Assembly: GCF_000981445.1 (NCBI RefSeq)
Contig: NC_027216.1
Span: 2,294,001-2,358,000 of the forward strand
Reading direction: 5' to 3'
Length of the DNA: 64,000 bases
From: Babesia bigemina
Lineage: Eukaryota
Within the stretch, counting starts at the first letter, position 1. Every line of letters begins with the position of its first letter. Position numbers and translations under genes: made by a program. Below are positions 57,820-64,000 of the stretch, piece after piece. Under the pieces are notes generated by a model. The model was not told the origin of the DNA and made no database searches. It saw nothing but the letters and a program-made list of their open reading frames with translations.

Positions 57820-58992
57820 TCACTTGCCACCACTGGTCTGTAGCCCTACGTACGCCTAAACATCGTGATTTCACCTGTTAACTGCATCGTACCTTAAAAG
57901 TGTCGTATATCCACCACTGCAGTCCCGTTAAAGTTCCTATCATGATTACCCTGGTGCCAAGTCCGCGAGTGAACAGGTTGATGCCACCAATGTCTTTAGC
58001 TATTTTGGCTACTCCCTTGCCCTTGTTTTCCTCCTTTCCAAGCTGTGAAATCAGGTTGTCGGCCGGGTGGGAAACGACCGCGCAAATGATTCCGGCGATG
58101 TAACCTGCGCAAGCTATAGCTGAATCACGGAGTACGACGTACCTGAGGCGAAGGTGACACTGAGCTGTGTCGCCTTTGAGTAGCTGCTCTTTTCTCTGGT
58201 CAGTATCTTGTCGTAGAAGATGCCTACGACCTTCTCGAAGAAGTAGAATTTAGCCATGGTGTACGGCACTTGTCGGCTCCAGAGCGCCTTGAGGCTTCCG
58301 AACTGCAAAGTAATGAGCGATATTGCAAAATGGGGAGTATATTTATGGCATATAGCAATAAAAAAGTAAACCATGGTCACCACTTTTGTATTTTTAGAGG
58401 CACTGGGTTACCGTTATGGCAACCATGCACCTTGTCCACAAGCAACCGCGTTCATCCTAGATAAACAACTCACCGGGAAGTTAGTTTCGTGTTTGTAGAC
58501 CCACATGCGCCGTGTAGAGGCAAATATGTTGTTCGACCACTTGTCGGCGGGCGGGGCGGTCTGTATCTTCACCTTCATCATTTCCCAGGGGCAGAGCAAA
58601 ACGTCGGCGAAAACTTCGGCAGAGGCACTTGCCGCCAGCCACATGGCACCCTTGTACTGTTTGGCCTTAGACTCGCCAAGCATTCCCCCATATACATCCT
58701 TGAACACCTCGTAGAGGCCGAATTTCCCAAGCCCCTGTAGCGAGTATCCCACCAGCGTTGGCTGCCATCCTCTCATGAGCCCACCTAAACCTTCCTGGCT
58801 CTTAATGAGTTTGGCACCCGATATAAGCCCGGTGTATTGCTTCGGGTTAGTCTGCATTCGGCATTTGGTCAGATCCAGCGGCGTGACCAGGGTGTGCGTA
58901 AGACCACAGGAGAGCGTCCCGCCGAGCATACATTTTCCGTAGTACGACGCGTCATGCCCTTGGTTGGCGGATGCAGATTGTTTGCCACTCAT
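57820..58992 (-). CDS. Mitochondrial phosphate carrier (SLC25A3/Mir1-like), multi-exon
   Basis: SCGLTHTLVTPLDLTKCRMQ, GYSLQGLGKFGLYEVFK, LWSRQVPYTMAKF, VSHPAD and LQWWIYDTFK. Confidence 0.93.
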
Positions 58993-59390
58993 TTTGAAGC
59001 CAAGTGATTGGAAGGATTTTGGTTATGGTAGCGCGAGCGCCATACCAGGTACGTGCAGGCCCAAGTGTCTACTCGGGCGCGTTAGGCGCCCCTTACGCCG
59101 GTAAAATGCGAAGCAAACAGCCATAAGATTTTAATTGCAGCGTGTTTTGACAGATAAAACACAATTTCACACCTAACTTTGGCTTCTATCCGCCGACGGT
59201 TCGGTTCGCATTGTTTCGGACACGAAGTTGGTTGGAAGACGGATGAGCAGGGTCACCGGCTGACTGCTGGGTAAAGCTGCGATATCGATATATGCTACCC
59301 ACATCGTGTCGCCGCTCCTAAGTACGCTATACGCCAATCCTACAACAATGCTTGTCCTATGCTTCTCTCGCTGATGCAGCTGCTGTCTCA

Positions 59391-60669
59391 CTAGAAGTTG
59401 TAATGAGCGCGCTTATATACTTCGTCTGGCAGGACGCGTTTCGACGACTGCTCACGGTCCCACTGCTGTTGGCAGAAGATCGGTTTTTCCCTGTCCTGGT
59501 CGAGTTATAGGTGACTTTCTTCAACTAACCGTTTTGACTATGTAGAGCGAACCGTCTCTTCGCACTGGGTTGTCTATGTCGGGATCATAAACACAGTCTA
59601 GTGGGATTTCTCCGCTGCGACTAAATGCGTTTTGCTCCTTGTTTGACCTACCAGTTGAATATGCTCACTGGCCTTTTGGGGCGCCCCAACATGGACCCCT
59701 GCCCTTCGATAGCGTCCAATACGTCTTCGCCGTATTCCAGGTGTCCAAATACCACCTATACACGCATGTTACCTGGGGGTGCGGAAAGCGGATATGTATC
59801 ATATCTATCGGCCAATAATCACGTTTCGCATTTTTGCCGCCAACGTAGAGTTGCATACAGCACCACATACGCCCACTAACAAAGCAGTGCACCACGCCAT
59901 AGCGGCCAGCAGTGTACATCGCTTCGTTGGATAGGTCTCGGGGCATCGCGGTGTCGGTGCCAATCTCACTTCACCAAACCGTTGTATCACCGTCGCATCG
60001 ACATCTCGGTCAACTCACCATTTTGTTGTCCAGATGCGAGCAGGGCCTGAATGTGATGTAGAATTGCGATCCGTTGGAATGTTTGTGCCTCGTCTTTGCC
60101 ATTCCCAGCACGCCTGCTACGTCTCATGCAACCATCTATTCGACCTACCACGCTTGGAGTGCAAGTATGCGTACGACTCATCTCGCATATATTGGCCGTA
60201 TATAGATTCACCACCGTATGAATTTCCGGTGTTGAAGTTGCCTCCTTGGCACATCTGCGTGGGTCATGCGACGTTAGCGTGCATCACGTACGAATCCGGT
60301 AGTTATGCGATGTATCGGCGTGTCCTTGTACCACCTAGGCCGCAGGTAGTACCCCAGACCAGTCTCCCCTGTTTGCTTTGTGTTGGTCTTTAGATGTCGT
60401 TATTACCTGTACAGAGTGCTCGGAAGTTCTCGCATGTGTACGGCAGCTTGTCCATAAAAAGCTGCAGGGCGATTAAGTTGATAGTCACCAGGGCAGTGCC
60501 ACTACACAGTACACCAGCCATGCTGCCGAGAGAACTGAGATTAGTACCCACTTGAGGGACCCAGTTGGTGGCGTCGTCTACATACCTCAAAAATCATGCG
60601 CCCGGCGTTCCTGCCGCCGATCGATATGTCGAAGAAGACACGCGGGTTGGGTATGGGTACCAGCGGCAT
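59391..60669 (-). CDS. Cyclophilin (Plasmodium CYP32-like), 8 exons; not visible in the ORF track
   Basis: Spliced translation MPLVPIPNPRVFFDISIGG...[34 protein letters not shown]...HRI..GFMCQGGNF...NGSQFYI...HLDNKMVVFG...FNCGE. All seven introns are GT-AG. Confidence 0.9.
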
Positions 60670-60847
60670 CTTATATTGCTGTTGCTCGTGACGCTGCGGC
60701 TGCGCGGTTCGGCATACTCGGCCGGGGAGTAAGCGCGGCCGCTGGCGTGACCGGGAAACTTCGTCGACTGTGGTAGTTCAACGATATTATACTTATAGTT
60801 ATGACGAATTTCGTACGTCACTAAACCGCCACTGGCGTACGTGGTGC

Positions 60848-61654
60848 TCAGAACTCGAACTCGCCTTCCAGTTTTTCGAAAGGCACCTCGAGGCCGTTGA
60901 CCTTCGCGAGATGGCATGCACACATCTTTGAAAGTTACCTGCAATACGCCATACTTCAGCTTCACCTTCCAAACGTGCGCCCCGCTTTTCTTGCGGCTGG
61001 GCCGCGTTAGCTGCAATTTGTGACGCGCGCGTGCAACGGACCTACCTTGTCTAAAACCCCTATGACCAGGTCCTTCGTCTCCGGCTCCTGGTCATCCAGT
61101 TCGCTCACGTCTGAGATGCTGAGATCGTCGTCTGCGTTGTCCGCAGCCGGCTGCTCAGCCTGCGCGGGTTCGGCGCGCTGCGGTTCGACCAGGTCCGCTT
61201 TGGCGGCGGCGGCCTTTTCCAGAATCTCTGCTCCCTGCGCGCTTTCTACTTCCGCATCATCGAAGTCGTTATCGGAATCCTCCGGCGCCGGCTGCTGCTG
61301 CTCCCTGAGCGTTGCTTACATCGGCACCTCGGTGAAACTAACGGTTCCTTCGGCAAATCCTCCGCGAAGCTGTAGGGCTGCACCGTTCATATGCCATCAT
61401 CCAACAACATTTGACCTACCGCTGTGCTATACGTGTCAATGTGTGTAACGTGTTCGCCTCGGTTCACCGCGTCGAGGCGCTGTCGTAAGACTTCCGTCCA
61501 TTTCTGCTCGGTTTGTGTCGCCTCTCGTAGCGAGTAACCCAACCTGTTTGATAGCGCCGAGTATGCGGTTATTGGTGAAGCTGGCGCATTTCTCGATGGT
61601 TGCTGCGGTATATGAATCGCGACACATCACACCAACCTTCGATGATTTGTTCAT
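60848..61654 (-). CDS. Transcription initiation factor TFIIA large (alpha/beta) subunit, multi-exon
   Basis: An acidic linker precedes DLVIGVLDK...WKVKLKYGVLQ|VNGLEVPFEKLEGEFEF*, matching the TFIIA-beta C-terminus. N-terminal helix ILGAIKQ|KWTEVL. The middle exon boundaries are uncertain. Confidence 0.75.
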
Positions 61655-61718
61655 TTAGTTTGTCAAGCGAGATCGCGACTGCGGATGACTGCTGGCGAAC
61701 CATTTTGCCGTTTATTCA

Positions 61719-63689
61719 TTACGAGTGTGTGTCATGGGAGGGTTTGCGGAGCGTTTTTAGCAGGCTGACGAAGGCGTGCTTGCCGGACAGGGGCGACGCC
61801 CGCAGCGACTTTATCACTGCGTTGTGCACTGATTCCGGCAGCATTTGTCCTATATGCGCGATTGCAGTGTACGCCTCCTTGAGCGCTGCGGCGTAATCAG
61901 CCTCCTCCGTCTCGGCACTTGGCGCCTCCAGCGCCACCTTCACCTCCTTCGCGCGCTGGGCATACTTGAGGCTGTTTGAGCTCTCGCTCATGAACTGCGA
62001 GCCCGGGTGTATGGCGGTTATCATGACGACCGCGGCGTTGTTGAAGAGCGCATTCTTCAGCAGCAGCGTGAGCTTACTGTCACGGTACTTTATCCTGGCC
62101 TTTCTCGACGTCGTATCTGCGAGGCCGCTGATGCAGTTGGCCAGAGCCAGCAGCGATTGGTTGATATAAGAGCTTTCCTTCAGCCGTTCGGCGCGCGCCT
62201 CGCCTTCACCAGCGCGTTCGGACCCCGCCAGGTCGACGAATGAGAGCCTCGCCGTGGTGTGCTGCGTGCTCACAGTGATCTGCATGATGGCGTGCGACCT
62301 GCTTGACTGTCGATTCGCGTCTGTCATCGCCATTTTCCTCGCCTTTATCCCCTTGGCCAGAAGCACGAGGACGCTGTCGCAGTCATCCACCCTGATCACG
62401 GTGAGGTGTGGGACACGAACTTCCCCGTTGTCCTCCTGGACATCCAACTGCCTGTTTCCCGTGGTCAGCAGGTCGAATACGCACTCGTTGTACACCTGCA
62501 TGAACGAGAAATGCACGAGTGCATCGGGGTACAGCTCCTGCCTGAGTTCGAAAAGGCTCTTTAGCGACAACTGCACGATTCCTTCTTCCTTTTCATCTCC
62601 GATCATCGTGTACGTCTTTCCCGCGCTGGTACATCCGTATGCGAAGACGGTCCCGTTAATCCCCTCGAATGCTTTGGGAACCAGGTCTTTCGCGGTGGCC
62701 TCGTAGATGTCCTGCTGCGAAGCGCCCCCATCGAACGCGCTGTCGAAGCCGTATCTATATACCTTTGGCCTCTGCGATTCCAGGACGCTGTGAACGTTTC
62801 CTGGTTTGTGGACCTCGACAACGTTGTCTACTAGTCGAATGGCCGGGATGCCGTTATCATCAATCGGTCTAACGCGAACGACAACCTTGATATTCTCCGC
62901 ACATTCAGCTGGGGTGTTATCTCTCGCCCGGTCAACTGACGGTAGGTCTTCCTGTGATGCGCCATCAACCTCTATCGGTTTACATGGTTGGTTGGTGTAG
63001 TAACTCTCTAGAATCTGACGTATTTCAATAGTCTCATGCACGCTGCTGAATCCACCAGTGTCCACCGACATCGGTGACAAAAACTCTTCCACCTCCTTAT
63101 GAGACTCGCAGTCAAGGAAGAGTGCGTCATCCCTGGCGATGCTGTGGGTGGGACTTGGCAACCTCGATTCCATATTATGTTGTCGTTTAATGCGAGATTC
63201 CGAAGGGCATGATCTTGAGGTCGCGATCATCGGCGTTGTAAACTGATTGTTTTCCGCGCATTTAGTCGGCGTGCTCATGGTTGAGCATGCGGCCACCATC
63301 TCCGCACCGTCACTACTGCTGCCCTCGGCAACTGCCGTATCCATATGATCCGCACTTTTCAGGTTCACAGCGAGGTCACTGACCAGTGGTGCACCGTCGA
63401 GTGCCCCATGCCATGTGGATTGCACCAGCTTCCGGTATCCGCGGTTGCGTGCCACCCTTTTGGGAGTCCCTTTATCGTCCATACCCCGTCTAAACCTCTG
63501 GGTCAAGTTAGAATCTTGAACGTGCTGCAGAGGTTTGGCGCTATCGCCTTCGGCGCTCGGGCGGCCCTGTGGCGACACAAGTCGCAATGCTATCCTCCCA
63601 CTTGGCGACACCCTTTTGGGCGAGGCAGATGTGCATGACGCATCTGCCGTTTCCTTCCTCCCGGCGTCCACTACAGCACTGAGGTCCAT
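61719..63689 (-). CDS. Kinesin motor protein, kinesin-8-like
   Basis: VVVRVRP, P-loop YGCTSAGKTYTM, SSRSHA, DLAGSER, INQSLLALANCI and YRDSKLT. First ATG at 63689. Confidence 0.9.
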   Translation of the reverse strand: MDLSAVVDAGRKETADASCTSASPKRVSPSGRIALRLVSPQGRPSAEGDSAKPLQHVQDSNLTQRFRRGMDDKGTPKRVARNRGYRKLVQSTWHGALDGAPLVSDLAVNLKSADHMDTAVAEGSSSDGAEMVAACSTMSTPTKCAENNQFTTPMIATSRSCPSESRIKRQHNMESRLPSPTHSIARDDALFLDCESHKEVEEFLSPMSVDTGGFSSVHETIEIRQILESYYTNQPCKPIEVDGASQEDLPSVDRARDNTPAECAENIKVVVRVRPIDDNGIPAIRLVDNVVEVHKPGNVHSVLESQRPKVYRYGFDSAFDGGASQQDIYEATAKDLVPKAFEGINGTVFAYGCTSAGKTYTMIGDEKEEGIVQLSLKSLFELRQELYPDALVHFSFMQVYNECVFDLLTTGNRQLDVQEDNGEVRVPHLTVIRVDDCDSVLVLLAKGIKARKMAMTDANRQSSRSHAIMQITVSTQHTTARLSFVDLAGSERAGEGEARAERLKESSYINQSLLALANCISGLADTTSRKARIKYRDSKLTLLLKNALFNNAAVVMITAIHPGSQFMSESSNSLKYAQRAKEVKVALEAPSAETEEADYAAALKEAYTAIAHIGQMLPESVHNAVIKSLRASPLSGKHAFVSLLKTLRKPSHDTHS

Positions 63690-64000
63690 TGTTAGCGACG
63701 CTGTGTAGTCGTGTCTACTCAGGGGCACATTGAAGAAGCGCGCTGAGCCGACTAAACGCCTGGCCAGGTCGACTACACCCGGTGGATTCCAACGAGCATT
63801 CTACAAACGCGGTACAATAAGGTGACGTATTTGTTTGCTGTGTGCTTAGAAGCAGTTAAATGTGCCGTAGTACAGTGGAAGAATCGCGCAGCCTCGCTGC
63901 GTCAACGGTGGCGCAGCTAGCTATAAATGTCCACACTAGCTCATGATACACCTACGATCGCCAAGTAGTACTATTCAACTTCCCGAATCCTCAGAACGCC

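Noticed and set aside
59563..59576. 14-bp match (cactgggttgtcta) to the reverse complement of sequence near 47620
   Set aside because: Isolated short match inside a cyclophilin exon; probably chance.
29339..60669. Two cyclophilins flanking the island as a duplication scar
   Set aside because: They are different cyclophilin subtypes with different exon structures and no evident nucleotide similarity.

Overview
Eukaryotic, intron-containing DNA from a piroplasmid apicomplexan. VESA1-related genes and many ~35-40 nt introns point to Babesia sensu stricto, probably the bigemina/ovata/caballi group. The left arm (1-~31.7 kb) is GC-rich and gene-dense: Rtr1/RPAP2, CCT8, a WD40-like protein, a RING E3, a Ser/His/Asp-rich secreted protein, a PqiA/LetA-like membrane protein, myosin H, a pseudokinase, ArfGAP, a cyclophilin and a TruA/Pus1 synthase. 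The middle (~31.7-56.4 kb) is an AT-richer, gene-sparse accessory island. It holds a divergent kinase, two VESA1-related genes without membrane anchors, four small paralogous Cys-rich single-TM ORFs sharing an upstream DNA element, an MFS transporter and a 6-Cys-like protein. The right arm returns to housekeeping genes: GPN1, mitochondrial phosphate carrier, a second 8-exon cyclophilin, TFIIA large subunit and kinesin-8. The best candidates for novelty are the Cys-rich mini-membrane-protein cassette family interleaved with anchorless ves-like genes, and a mammalian RRBP1/p180-type NQGKKAEGAQ repeat inside a ves-like protein. Exon boundaries were derived by hand and family calls come from remembered motifs, not database searches.
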